64,000 nucleotides of DNA. Source: a virus. Lineage: Duplodnaviria; Caudoviricetes. Shown here one piece after another: positions 46,916 to 55,630 of the stretch. The notes beneath the pieces were generated by a model, which saw only the letters and a program-made list of their open reading frames with translations, did not search any database and was not told where the DNA came from. The stretch lies in the IMG/VR virus record IMGVR_UViG_3300028797_000007, positions 32,001-96,000 of that record; one strand, 5' to 3'. Every line of letters begins with the position of its first letter. The stretch's first letter is position 1. The position numbers were made by a program, and so were the translations under genes.

Positions 46916-47663
46916 TATTGTCTTGGTGGCGGCCACGCCGTTAATGTATTAAATCAATTAACATTGTGGTGGCTTCGCCTCGTCAAGACTATATATATTT
47001 AAAAAGGTTGTGAACTTGGAGATATAATCTCCTATGAATATTTTAGTGCCTCCGAGACTTACGCTGGGGCTGAGAATCACCTCTTATCCAAATGCTTCTG
47101 GGACTTATATAAAATATTCATAGCAAACTATATTTCCTACAACGCAGACCCAAACTCACTCCTACGGACTGCTGGGAGACCTCGTACTGTAAGAGCTGTA
47201 AAACAACTCCGCATCTCCGTTTCCACACCTTAATACTCCGATAGAAAATTGAGCATTCAACACGAATTACGGGCTAGCGGCCAATGCTGGGTAATCAATC
47301 CTCGGGCGGCAATTTCCGGCTGACGGTCTGTAGTCTCAATTCCCTATCGCAGCACTAAGGCTGCTTAGAAAAAATGGAATACTTAATCGGGGATTAAAAC
47401 CCCTGTGAGAACAACGCCTGACTCGGGTAGGAGCCGTAAATATCCCCTGCACTTACCGGGTAACCGTTGTATTGTTCTCACAGCGATTTTAATCACTTTT
47501 CTTTCTTTTTTTCTAAATATATTATAATATAAATTATAACCTTTTTTCAAGTATTTTTAACATAATTTTTATTTGGTTGCTTGTTACCTATTCTTTTTAA
47601 TCCTACTCCGAATAATCACTCCGATAGAAGGAAGAAACCTGTTCCCTGTTATCCAAATAAAAA

Positions 47664-47740
47664 TGGCGCCCCAAGTAGGACTCGAACCTACGACCTAACG
47701 GTTAACAGCCGTTCGCTACTACCAACTGAGCTACTGAGGC
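47664..47740 (-). tRNA. tRNA-Asn(GTT)
   Basis: Cloverleaf with encoded CCA. Confidence 0.92.
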
Positions 47741-47745
47741 AAAAC

Positions 47746-47821
<76 letters not shown>

Positions 47822-48047
47822 ATGTATAGCGTCGGTTTTATAGGTAAACCGACAAACTTAATGGAGATAAAAAACTGGTGAAGTATGTCTAGCATACTCC
47901 TATCAAAATATTATCAGGTGGAGCGGTCCTATCTCCACGCTTTAACACGGCGTCGCCTTCCCACATTAGGTAATCAACCCTTGCTTGCAGCCTGCTCTAG
48001 TTCCCCGGCAAACAGATAATATCTTGATAGCAATATGCTAACACATA

Positions 48048-48341
48048 TTACTTATTTGCTCTATATTTCTCCCAGAAATCAGAAGTAACAATGAAGTCAT
48101 TCATTTCTACCCATATTTTATTAAAGGTATATATTGCGAATGCTGTTTCCCAAGGCACAATTCTATTTCTTTCAGGTTGTTCTTTATCACATAACTCATA
48201 CATATAATACATTATGCCATCTCCACGACCTTTTTGTATTTGACGGGCATAAAATCTATCCCCGAATACATCTTCAAATAGTTGCTTGTTTAATCTTTTT
48301 ATATTACGATTAACCAATCTATCGTCCTTGGTCTTGCTCAT
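48048..48341 (-). CDS. Hypothetical protein
   Basis: Own promoter and RBS. Confidence 0.6.
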   Translation of the reverse strand: MSKTKDDRLVNRNIKRLNKQLFEDVFGDRFYARQIQKGRGDGIMYYMYELCDKEQPERNRIVPWETAFAIYTFNKIWVEMNDFIVTSDFWEKYRANK

Positions 48342-48417
48342 TATAATCACTCCTATTCTTTCTTTTTCTAAATATATTATAATATATTTCTCTAGGAGAT
48401 TTCAAGTTTTAATAGAC

Positions 48418-48633
48418 TTATTTTTTAATTATTTTATTAGCGTCCAATGTTACGCTGTTATGAAACGCATGGATAACATTCTTTAATAGTCCAACAGCTG
48501 CGAATATGAAGTAATATCCTGTTATAGTTAGTTCAGGACCTCCTAATTGAGCAACTCCTTTTATAAAGAAATTACCAAAACCAAATAAGTTTAAAAACCA
48601 CGCTACAAATAGCATCCAAATAATACTTAACAT
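48418..48633 (-). CDS. Small two-TM membrane protein
   Basis: Hydrophobic ORF, GAGGAGG RBS. Confidence 0.6.
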   Translation of the reverse strand: MLSIIWMLFVAWFLNLFGFGNFFIKGVAQLGGPELTITGYYFIFAAVGLLKNVIHAFHNSVTLDANKIIKK

Positions 48634-48747
48634 TATTCTTCCTCCTCATTATCTTTCTTTTTTATTTTACATATATATTATATCATAAAAAAATAAGAGA
48701 AATCAAGTCTTTTAATAAATATTATCTAACTTAATTTCTCTTTAGGA

Positions 48748-49170
48748 TTAGTCTAGTAAATTTAGTACTTCTTCAATGATTTCTCCTCTATAAAGACCTG
48801 TGTTTACAACAGTATCAAGGCTATAAAGATTATTACTAATATCACTAGCAATACTGCGTGCGATATCTTTTTCTTCTTGAGAAAGTTTACTGGGAATTTT
48901 TTCTTCCCTGTCATCTTCATCGTCCCAATCTTCCTCGTCTTCCTCATCATCGTCCCAACTATCATCATCATAGTCGTCGTCTTCCTCGTAATCATCGTCG
49001 CTGTCATAATCATCATCTTCGTAGTCTTCGGATTCAATCCAACCATTTTCTACTAAAAATGTTTTGAAATCAATATCAGCGTCTTCATGAGCTAGCATCT
49101 CACGAATATCTCCAATAGATTTTTCTAATAGTTCTTCTAAACTATCTTCTGTCCAGTTAATATTAGCCAT
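48748..49170 (-). CDS. Highly acidic protein
   Basis: About 45-aa D/E/Y/W tract. Confidence 0.65.
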   Translation of the reverse strand: MANINWTEDSLEELLEKSIGDIREMLAHEDADIDFKTFLVENGWIESEDYEDDDYDSDDDYEEDDDYDDDSWDDDEEDEEDWDDEDDREEKIPSKLSQEEKDIARSIASDISNNLYSLDTVVNTGLYRGEIIEEVLNLLD

Positions 49171-49172
49171 AA

Positions 49173-49397
49173 TTATTCTCCCTTCATCTTAAATTTTTCT
49201 ATTTCTTTTTTGGCTATCTTATCTTTAGCCTTGTTTTTATAGGTTCTATTATCTAAACACCATTGGCATTCCCATTGATGTCTGCGTCCACCATGATTTC
49301 TACAATGTCTGTCTACTGCTTTTGCAAAAGATTGTCCTTTTGTCCCATATTCAGTTCGGTGTTCTTTACCACTTTTTATTGCTTTGCTAAGAGACAT
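49173..49397 (-). CDS. Small basic Cys/His protein
   Basis: KSGKEHR...CRNHGG...CQWC. Confidence 0.65.
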   Translation of the reverse strand: MSLSKAIKSGKEHRTEYGTKGQSFAKAVDRHCRNHGGRRHQWECQWCLDNRTYKNKAKDKIAKKEIEKFKMKGE

Positions 49398-49411
49398 AGT
49401 CTCACCTCCTA

Positions 49412-49639
49412 TTATGAGGCTGCTACTTCACTCTTTCTATATTTTTTACCAGAACCTTTTGGATGAGCCTTGGCATATTCAGCTGCTGCGTCCTTAAGTT
49501 CTTTACCTTTAACTGATAAATACTTAGATGCCATAGGGTTGCTTTTTAATTTCTTATTAGTCTTACCCTTTTTATCTAAATTAAATTGAGTAACAGAGAA
49601 TTGTGCTTCTCCACTTTTACTTGCTTTTCTCTTTGCCAT
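49412..49639 (-). CDS. Small basic protein, paralogue of 42772..42927
   Basis: MAKRK...AQF...NLDKKGKTNKKL.SNPMASKY. Confidence 0.65.
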   Translation of the reverse strand: MAKRKASKSGEAQFSVTQFNLDKKGKTNKKLKSNPMASKYLSVKGKELKDAAAEYAKAHPKGSGKKYRKSEVAAS

Positions 49640-49709
49640 TTTAATCACCTTTCTTAATAATATTATATTATATATTTATACCTTTTGAAAAGTATTTAAC
49701 TCAAATTTA

Positions 49710-49796
49710 TGGTGGGAAACAGAGGATTCGAACCTCCTCAACCAAATGGTATTTGATTTACAGTCAAACGCGACTCGCCATCTTCGCCGATTTCCC
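49710..49796 (-). tRNA. tRNA-Tyr(GTA)
   Basis: Cloverleaf with long variable arm, CCA. Confidence 0.9.
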
Positions 49797-49806
49797 ATAA
49801 AAATAA

Positions 49807-49866
49807 TGGCTGGATTTATCCACTTTCCTATGACCCCCGAAGGCGCCACCCGGATTCGAACCGGGG
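49807..49866 (-). ncRNA. Circularly permuted tRNA-like module (YrlA/Y RNA-like order)
   Basis: T arm, then acceptor stem closed by UUCG, then UA, then D arm. Confidence 0.45.
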
Positions 49867-49913
49867 ATTGTTAACTTTCTACCTCTCCTATTTCAAGCAG
49901 GTTCCCATCATTT

Positions 49914-50270
49914 TTAATACTTCGCATTTGGACAATCTCTCTTGTATTTATCTTCAAATGCTTGTGTTTTAAAAGCACCCGTATTCATACAAACTAATTC
50001 AAAAGACATATAATAGCAATCGTTATCATTCATATAAGAATATACTGATTGACCTGGCTGTAATTGTTGCTCAGGTAATCTAACATTTTGCTCTATTCTA
50101 TCTTCTGCGACATTCTCGTCCAAAAAGTCCCTTTGTTTTATATATTCAATTAACTTGATGTATCTATTAAGAGCAGCCTTATAATTAGTACCAATATATT
50201 CTATTATACTCTCGTAGCCATCATATTCCCTTGTATACATAACTATATAAAACGGTCTTGTTCCTTTCAT
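49914..50270 (-). CDS. Hypothetical protein
   Basis: ATG 50270 just downstream of tRNA-Leu. Confidence 0.6.
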   Translation of the reverse strand: MKGTRPFYIVMYTREYDGYESIIEYIGTNYKAALNRYIKLIEYIKQRDFLDENVAEDRIEQNVRLPEQQLQPGQSVYSYMNDNDCYYMSFELVCMNTGAFKTQAFEDKYKRDCPNAKY

Positions 50271-50296
50271 TTTATACACCAACTTTCTCTTTAATT

Positions 50297-50384
50297 TGGT
50301 ACCGGCCGTGGGACTTGAACCCACACACCCATTGCTGGATAACGGATTTTAAGTCCGTTGCGTCTACCATTCCGCCACACCGGC
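50297..50384 (-). tRNA. tRNA-Leu(TAA)
   Basis: Cloverleaf, long variable arm, CCA. Confidence 0.92.
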
Positions 50385-50604
50385 ATATATTTCCCCCTGT
50401 ATTGTTTGTATCCCCAGGAGCTGAGCCACTCCCCTAGTTTCGAACCTAGAGTATTCTAGCTGGGAACCTTCTTCTCTCATCTTATAGAAGTCAAGCACCA
50501 TATATGAGAAGTGAAAATCTCTTTTTCATTTCTAAATATATTATATAATAAAACCCCGCCTATTTTCAAGTATTTTAGCATAATTGACGGGGATAAATTT
50601 CGAA

Positions 50605-50679
50605 TGGCTGCCGGAGCTGGATTCGAACCAGCGCATCCATGAGTCAAAGTCATGTGTCTTACCGCTTGACTACCCGGCA
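50605..50679 (-). tRNA. tRNA-Gln(TTG)
   Basis: Cloverleaf, CCA. Confidence 0.92.
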
Positions 50680-50684
50680 ATAAA

Positions 50685-50764
50685 TGGTCGGATTGGCAGG
50701 ATTCGAACCTGCGAGTTCTCCTGCTCCCAAAGCAGGCGGGGTAACCAAACTCCCCAACAATCCG
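50685..50764 (-). tRNA. tRNA-Pro(TGG)
   Basis: Cloverleaf, CCA. Confidence 0.9.
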
Positions 50765-51072
50765 ATAATGTTGAGAAATTCACCATCTCTGTTTTGTTTC
50801 CTCACAGCCACATCCAAGCTACGACTTTCACGTAGCACTTCATCCCCTAACATACCCGTCCTCATAATAATCAATTATAGGCAATTATAGGAGCTAACTC
50901 CCTTAGGCGTCTTTTTACACCGGCATTATCCTCGTGGATAGGGTCTAGAATTTCTCTATATAATAAGTGCGAACTGTGGCTTCTTGTCCTTTAGGTCAGT
51001 CTTTATCCTAGTCCTCACACTCCCCAAGGTCGACTGGGCTGACTTGGATGCTAGGTTACACTTATAAACTAA

Positions 51073-51148
51073 TGGTGGCTTCAGGTGGAATCGAACCACC
51101 GACACAAGGATTTTCAGTCCTTTGCTCTACCAACTGAGCTATAAAGCC
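51073..51148 (-). tRNA. tRNA-Phe(GAA)
   Basis: Cloverleaf, CCA. Confidence 0.93.
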
Positions 51149-51392
51149 ATATATAAAAACGGCATTTTGAATAGTAATATTGTATCTTAGGTCAAGTAGA
51201 TTTTCTCCGTGAATTACAGTCCGTTACCAGAGCTGCGCTTTCGCTTCAAAATTACGACATGGGGTCACCCCTCATATAACTTGATTACCACTTAGTATAC
51301 ACTTTAATCTATCAAAATTAACGCTCCGGACTGTTTCAGTAGTTAGCTAAACCGAGTTTCCTCACCGGAATGACGCGCCGTTACTATCAAAA

Positions 51393-51469
51393 TGGTGACG
51401 AGTATGGGATTCGAACCCATGAATGCTGCCGTGAAAGGGCAGTGTGTTAACCAATTTCACCAACTCGCC
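51393..51469 (-). tRNA. tRNA-Glu(TTC)
   Basis: Cloverleaf, CCA. Confidence 0.92.
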
Positions 51470-51760
51470 AATTTTAGTAGTTTTTCATGAGTTTACATGG
51501 AGCTCTCTAGCACTACAAACTCCTTTCGCCTGAAACATATTACTCCCGTCACGGTATCATCGCTTCTTTATATTATAGACGCTTCGCTCGCCGTGTGTTT
51601 TCAGGTAGGGATATGCCAATATACCAATTTGCTCGGGCGTCGGAGTTCAAATAACAAGTCACCGCTCTAGCCTTTACCTTCCCCGTAAGATTTTCAGTTA
51701 TTTGCTAATTGTATATCCTTCGGGTATCAAATTGGCATATTGCCATATCTCTACAAATAA

Positions 51761-51838
51761 TGGTCCTCGCTCTAGGACTCGAACCTAGGACCCCTTGCTT
51801 GTAAGGCAAGTGCTCGTAACCAACTGAGCTAAGCGAGG
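51761..51838 (-). tRNA. tRNA-Val(TAC)
   Basis: Cloverleaf, CCA. Confidence 0.9.
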
Positions 51839-51957
51839 ATGGCTCCCGAACTCTTCCATTCGGGCTCTACTCTTAGGGCATAACTTCTTCTGTTTCCTAA
51901 GGTTAATCGCTCTTAAGTTGCGACGCACTATCTATATTAAATTATATTATTATCAAA

Positions 51958-52033
51958 TGGTGGAGAATAGGAGATTCGAACTCCTGACATCTACCTTGCA
52001 AGGGTAGCGCTCTACCAACTGAGCTAATTCCCC
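51958..52033 (-). tRNA. tRNA-Ala(TGC)
   Basis: G3:U70, cloverleaf, CCA. Confidence 0.93.
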
Positions 52034-52227
52034 AAATGGAGCCGGATGGGCAGGAGTCTCACCTGCTTAGTAGCCTAGGACTATTATTCTCACCGACATA
52101 TATAATAAAGGTAAAGCATGCCGTTGGAGTCCCGCCCATCAGTGCTTTTTTACAATATAAGAGTTCTACTTTATACCCGAGGGCATTCAGTATAACATAC
52201 CTCTTTCTTAAACCTTAATAAACAAAA

Positions 52228-52303
52228 TGGTGCCGGCTTCAGGACTTGAACCCGAAACCTACTGATTACAGGTCAGTTGCTCTACCGATTGAGCTAAGCC
52301 GGC
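52228..52303 (-). tRNA. tRNA-Thr(TGT)
   Basis: Cloverleaf, CCA. Confidence 0.93.
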
Positions 52304-52306
52304 AAC

Positions 52307-52381
52307 TGGCGGTTCCAGGGGGAATCGAACCCCCATCTCCTGCGTGACAGGCAGACGTCATAACCACTGGACCATGGAACC
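52307..52381 (-). tRNA. tRNA-Asp(GTC)
   Basis: Cloverleaf, CCA. Confidence 0.92.
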
Positions 52382-52382
52382 A

Positions 52383-52456
52383 TGGAGCGGATAGAGGGAA
52401 TCGAACCCTCGTCAATAGCTTGGAAGGCTATAGTTCTACCATTAAACTACACCCGC
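52383..52456 (-). tRNA. tRNA-Gly(TCC)
   Basis: Cloverleaf, CCA. Confidence 0.93.
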
Positions 52457-52733
52457 ATATAATGTGAGGCCACGGTCCTCACGCGTGCTTTTTCCTGTTA
52501 ACTCAGCGGTTAGCCTTTAATCTAAGCAAATCACACTTAGCAAACCTGTGCCGTTTTATTTATATCAACAGCTTAAGCTGTTAATAATAAAGTTCATTGC
52601 CTTTCTCACTGTCGCTACGCGGTGGTCGAGCTTTCACGGGCAGTCCGAAAACCTCCGAGGGCGCTTATCTATTTAGTATTTTTCTTAATTGATAAATCAA
52701 TTATAGCATATTTTTTAGCCTAAAATCAAGTAT

Positions 52734-53009
52734 TTATTTATCTAAAATGCCATAAATTGCATATGGGGTAACAGTATATTTATTTAATACTCTTCCCTTG
52801 TAAAGAACTTTTTGACTCTCAACCAATGAGTTATCTCTTAGTCTTAACATTGCCCAAGTGATTTCATTGATTGTTAGTTTCTTTAGGTCTTCGTTTTCAC
52901 AATCAGCTAGGAGCTGAGGTCCAAAAGCTGAACCAGCAAACTCGTCAGCTAAAACCTTTAATACTAAATCTTGTTTATAACTTAATTTAATTGGTTCAAA
53001 CTTCTTCAT
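52734..53009 (-). CDS. Small winged-helix protein (paralogue 4)
   Basis: LSYKQDLVLKVL...AFG...LTINEITWAMLRLRDNSLVES.K....LNKYTVT. Confidence 0.65.
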   Translation of the reverse strand: MKKFEPIKLSYKQDLVLKVLADEFAGSAFGPQLLADCENEDLKKLTINEITWAMLRLRDNSLVESQKVLYKGRVLNKYTVTPYAIYGILDK

Positions 53010-53077
53010 AATCTCACACTCTTTTCTTTTTTATCTATAATAATTATAATATAAAAAGGTATAAGATTTCAAGTATT

Positions 53078-53416
53078 TTATCCAATATAAGTGCTTAAAA
53101 TATCATTTTCAGCATAGCGATGATTACCCAATATATGAGGACGCTCTACAGTGAGAATACTACCATCTCCCCTGTTATAGAAAAACCATTGTATTTCCCT
53201 AATATTAGGATATAATCCTTGCCCTATTTGTTCTATAACGGCATAATTATAATAACCATCTTCAAATATATCTCCACGATTTCGTGAGATACAATCAAAT
53301 GCTTCATCTAATTTACGGAAGTACCCAGGAGCTCTGTCATGAGGTATCACATCGTGTATCTCAAATAATTCTCCATCAGGAACTTCATTTATTTTTAATG
53401 TGCGAACTAAAAACAT
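53078..53416 (-). CDS. Hypothetical protein
   Basis: GAGGTG RBS; GDIFEDGYYNYAVIE motif. Confidence 0.6.
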   Translation of the reverse strand: MFLVRTLKINEVPDGELFEIHDVIPHDRAPGYFRKLDEAFDCISRNRGDIFEDGYYNYAVIEQIGQGLYPNIREIQWFFYNRGDGSILTVERPHILGNHRYAENDILSTYIG

Positions 53417-53437
53417 AATCACACCTCATTTCAATTT

Positions 53438-53523
53438 TGGTGCCCCCTACAAGACTTGAACTTGTACGCCCAAAGGACACGTGCTTCTAAGGCACGGGTG
53501 TCTACCAATTCCACCAAAGGGGC
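53438..53523 (-). tRNA. tRNA-Leu(TAG)
   Basis: Cloverleaf, long variable arm, CCA. Confidence 0.92.
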
Positions 53524-53524
53524 A

Positions 53525-53986
53525 TTATTTAAGCATATTTAATGCTTTTTGGTAGTCATAGATAGTGAAACCAAGCTGACTGTCACATCTTACTAAAAAT
53601 GGTAACAAATGACACATATCGCTATCATCATCTATGATAACAAATTTCCCTTTAAACTGATTTTCATCTATCCATCGTTGTATTTCTACACCTCTTTGTA
53701 GATATAGTTTTGGAGTTTTTCCAATAACTTCTATTTCAGGATTAAAACCTGACTTAATTAACAGTTCTTGGAGCTGTGCTATATCCATACTATAACGCCA
53801 AGTACTTGTTATAACTATCTTATAAGGAACTTTTTTATAAAGTTCATTTAACCAACCAATGGCTTGTTTATTATTTAATTCTTCGTGACCAAATTTATGC
53901 ACATTGTATGACCAAGTACCATCTTCGGCTTTTTCCCAATAAATGGTTTCGACCACACCGTCAAAGTCTAAAAAAACTATATTCAT
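53525..53986 (-). CDS. HAD-superfamily phosphatase (HAD_SAK_2, RNA-repair type)
   Basis: FLDFDGV, ITSTWR, RG.EI..W, VIIDDDSDM; true start at ATG 53986. Confidence 0.8.
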   Translation of the reverse strand: MNIVFLDFDGVVETIYWEKAEDGTWSYNVHKFGHEELNNKQAIGWLNELYKKVPYKIVITSTWRYSMDIAQLQELLIKSGFNPEIEVIGKTPKLYLQRGVEIQRWIDENQFKGKFVIIDDDSDMCHLLPFLVRCDSQLGFTIYDYQKALNMLK

Positions 53987-54008
53987 AAACTCACCACCTA
54001 TTTTAAAA

Positions 54009-54085
54009 TGGTGCAGGAGGTAGGACTTGAACCCACGACCAGAGAGATATAAGCTCCCCACTCTAACCAACTGAGTTACTCCTGC
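54009..54085 (-). tRNA. tRNA-Ile(TAT)
   Basis: Anticodon loop CT-TAT-AT; body similar to the adjacent Ile(GAT). Confidence 0.85.
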
Positions 54086-54090
54086 AAAAA

Positions 54091-54167
54091 TGGTGCAGGT
54101 AGATGGACTCGAACCATCGGCAGCTCGCGTATCAGACGAGTACTCTAACCAACTGAGTTACACCTGC
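54091..54167 (-). tRNA. tRNA-Ile(GAT)
   Basis: Cloverleaf, CCA. Confidence 0.9.
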
Positions 54168-54296
54168 AAGTGACGGAGGGTATAAAGTAGCCCTCCCCTC
54201 TACATATTTTTTTCGGCTTTACCTATATGTCGGGTTCCTAAAAGTAATCAACTTTCTCCGACAGGAGGTAACATTTGTTCTAAACCCTATATATAA

Positions 54297-54518
54297 TTAT
54301 CTTATTTTTCTTAATGTTTTTGGCTTTTCCTCTGGTTTTGTATAACCAAATTCACTTGCTATTTGTTCCAATGTTATTTTATTATTTGGAACCCAAATTC
54401 TACTAGCCAACTCATATGCAACAATATTAACTAAATCTTGTTGCGAAGTCCCTGCTGCTAGATTTAGTATATTTATAAGTTGATAAGTTGGAGTTGTTTT
54501 TAATTCTTTTTCTGTCAT
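54297..54518 (-). CDS. Hypothetical protein
   Basis: AAGGAG RBS. Confidence 0.6.
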   Translation of the reverse strand: MTEKELKTTPTYQLINILNLAAGTSQQDLVNIVAYELASRIWVPNNKITLEQIASEFGYTKPEEKPKTLRKIR

Positions 54519-54539
54519 TAGTATCTCTCCTTATAAATA

Positions 54540-54616
54540 TGGCGTCCTGTCAGGGACTCGAACCCCAAACCGATGCCTTAGAAGGGCATTGCTCTATCCA
54601 GTTGAGCTAACAGGAC
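54540..54616 (-). tRNA. tRNA-Arg(TCT)
   Basis: Cloverleaf, CCA. Confidence 0.92.
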
Positions 54617-54618
54617 AA

Positions 54619-54843
54619 TTATTTTTTCTTTTTTGCTTTTGTATATACTTTTGGTTGTTCTTTAACTTGTCCAATTATATTAAAATCTTCTCTTGCAATA
54701 ACTTCATCGCCCTGTCCATCATTTTTTATAACTAAATAACCAGCATAATGTGGTGCAAAATCTTGTAATTTACCCCAATCATTTTCTCCAAATGGATAAG
54801 GACCTTCGTATACATAATCAAAATTTTTTAAATATAACCTCAT
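54619..54843 (-). CDS. Hypothetical protein
   Basis: GGAGGA RBS before ATG 54843; the upstream part of the track ORF is tRNA sequence. Confidence 0.6.
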   Translation of the reverse strand: MRLYLKNFDYVYEGPYPFGENDWGKLQDFAPHYAGYLVIKNDGQGDEVIAREDFNIIGQVKEQPKVYTKAKKKK

Positions 54844-54866
54844 AATTATGTCCTCCAAAAAATTAC

Positions 54867-54953
54867 TGGCGCCCAGTAGAGGACTCGAACCTCTAAGCCG
54901 TTTCCGACCAACGGTTTTCAAGACCGCCCGACTACCAATTATCACAACTGGGC
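54867..54953 (-). tRNA. tRNA-Ser(TGA)
   Basis: Long variable arm, G73, CCA. Confidence 0.88.
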
Positions 54954-54957
54954 ATAA

Positions 54958-55033
54958 TGGTGGGAACACAGGGACTTGAACCCTGGACTCCAAAATTAAA
55001 AGTTTTGTACTCTACCTACTGAGTTATGTTCCC
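54958..55033 (-). tRNA. tRNA-Lys(TTT)
   Basis: Cloverleaf, CCA. Confidence 0.9.
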
Positions 55034-55396
55034 ATTTCTTAATTTTTCATGCTCCTCGGCATGACAATTACTACAAAGTAACTGGCATTTGTCTACTTCT
55101 TTTTCATAATCTTTCAAAGAATGAAAAGTAGCTGCTATACCAAATTCCTTATTTGAGTTTGGGTGATGAAAATGTAAGGCATCTATACATTTATTATACC
55201 CACATATTTCACATTTACCCCCTTTATAATTTACAAGGTATTTTTTGATATTCCTGTGTTTAACATTCATGGCTCTTTGTTGCTGTTCTCTATTACCAAG
55301 TTCATATTGTGGTACACACTCAAAACAATATTTTCGTGTATGACCATATTTTATAGTTTCAAACTCATTGCCACAAAGTACACATATCTTTTTCAT
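55016..55396 (-). CDS. HNH endonuclease
   Basis: CEICGY...LHFHH...LLCSNCHAEEH; stop codon lies inside tRNA-Lys. Confidence 0.8.
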   Translation of the reverse strand: MKKICVLCGNEFETIKYGHTRKYCFECVPQYELGNREQQQRAMNVKHRNIKKYLVNYKGGKCEICGYNKCIDALHFHHPNSNKEFGIAATFHSLKDYEKEVDKCQLLCSNCHAEEHEKLRNGNITQ

Positions 55397-55417
55397 AATT
55401 CACCTCTTTTAATCTTT

Positions 55418-55513
55418 TGGCAGGGGCTATAGGATTCGAACCCATACCCCGGGCTTTGGAGACCCGTCTTTACGGTTTTGAAGACCGCTGTGCTACCATT
55501 ACACTAAGCCCCT
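55418..55513 (-). tRNA. tRNA-Trp with two anticodon arms: UCA (reads UGA) and CCA
   Basis: AGGGGCT TA GTGT-AATGGTA-GCAC A GCGGT-CTTCAAA-ACCGT AAAGA CGGGT-CTCCAAA-GCCCG GGGT ATGGG-TTCGAAT-CCTAT AGCCCCT G CCA. Confidence 0.85.
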
Positions 55514-55521
55514 ATATAAAA

Positions 55522-55597
55522 TGGGGTAAGATAAGAGACTTGAACTCCTCCCTGCAGTGCCACAAACTGCCGTACTAACCTCTATACTAATCTCACC
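55522..55597 (-). tRNA. tRNA-His(GTG)
   Basis: G-1, C73, CCA. Confidence 0.9.
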
Positions 55598-55630
55598 ATA
55601 TAAAATGGGGCCTAGAAGCCCCTTGTACAA

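Noticed and set aside
54867-54953. Opal suppressor
   Set aside because: Anticodon TGA reads the Ser codon UCA; this is an ordinary tRNA-Ser
55418-55513. tRNA-Sec (UCA anticodon plus long extra arm)
   Set aside because: It has a 7-bp acceptor and 4-bp D stem with a Trp-type body, not the 8-bp acceptor and extended D stem of tRNA-Sec; TGA codons align with Trp motifs
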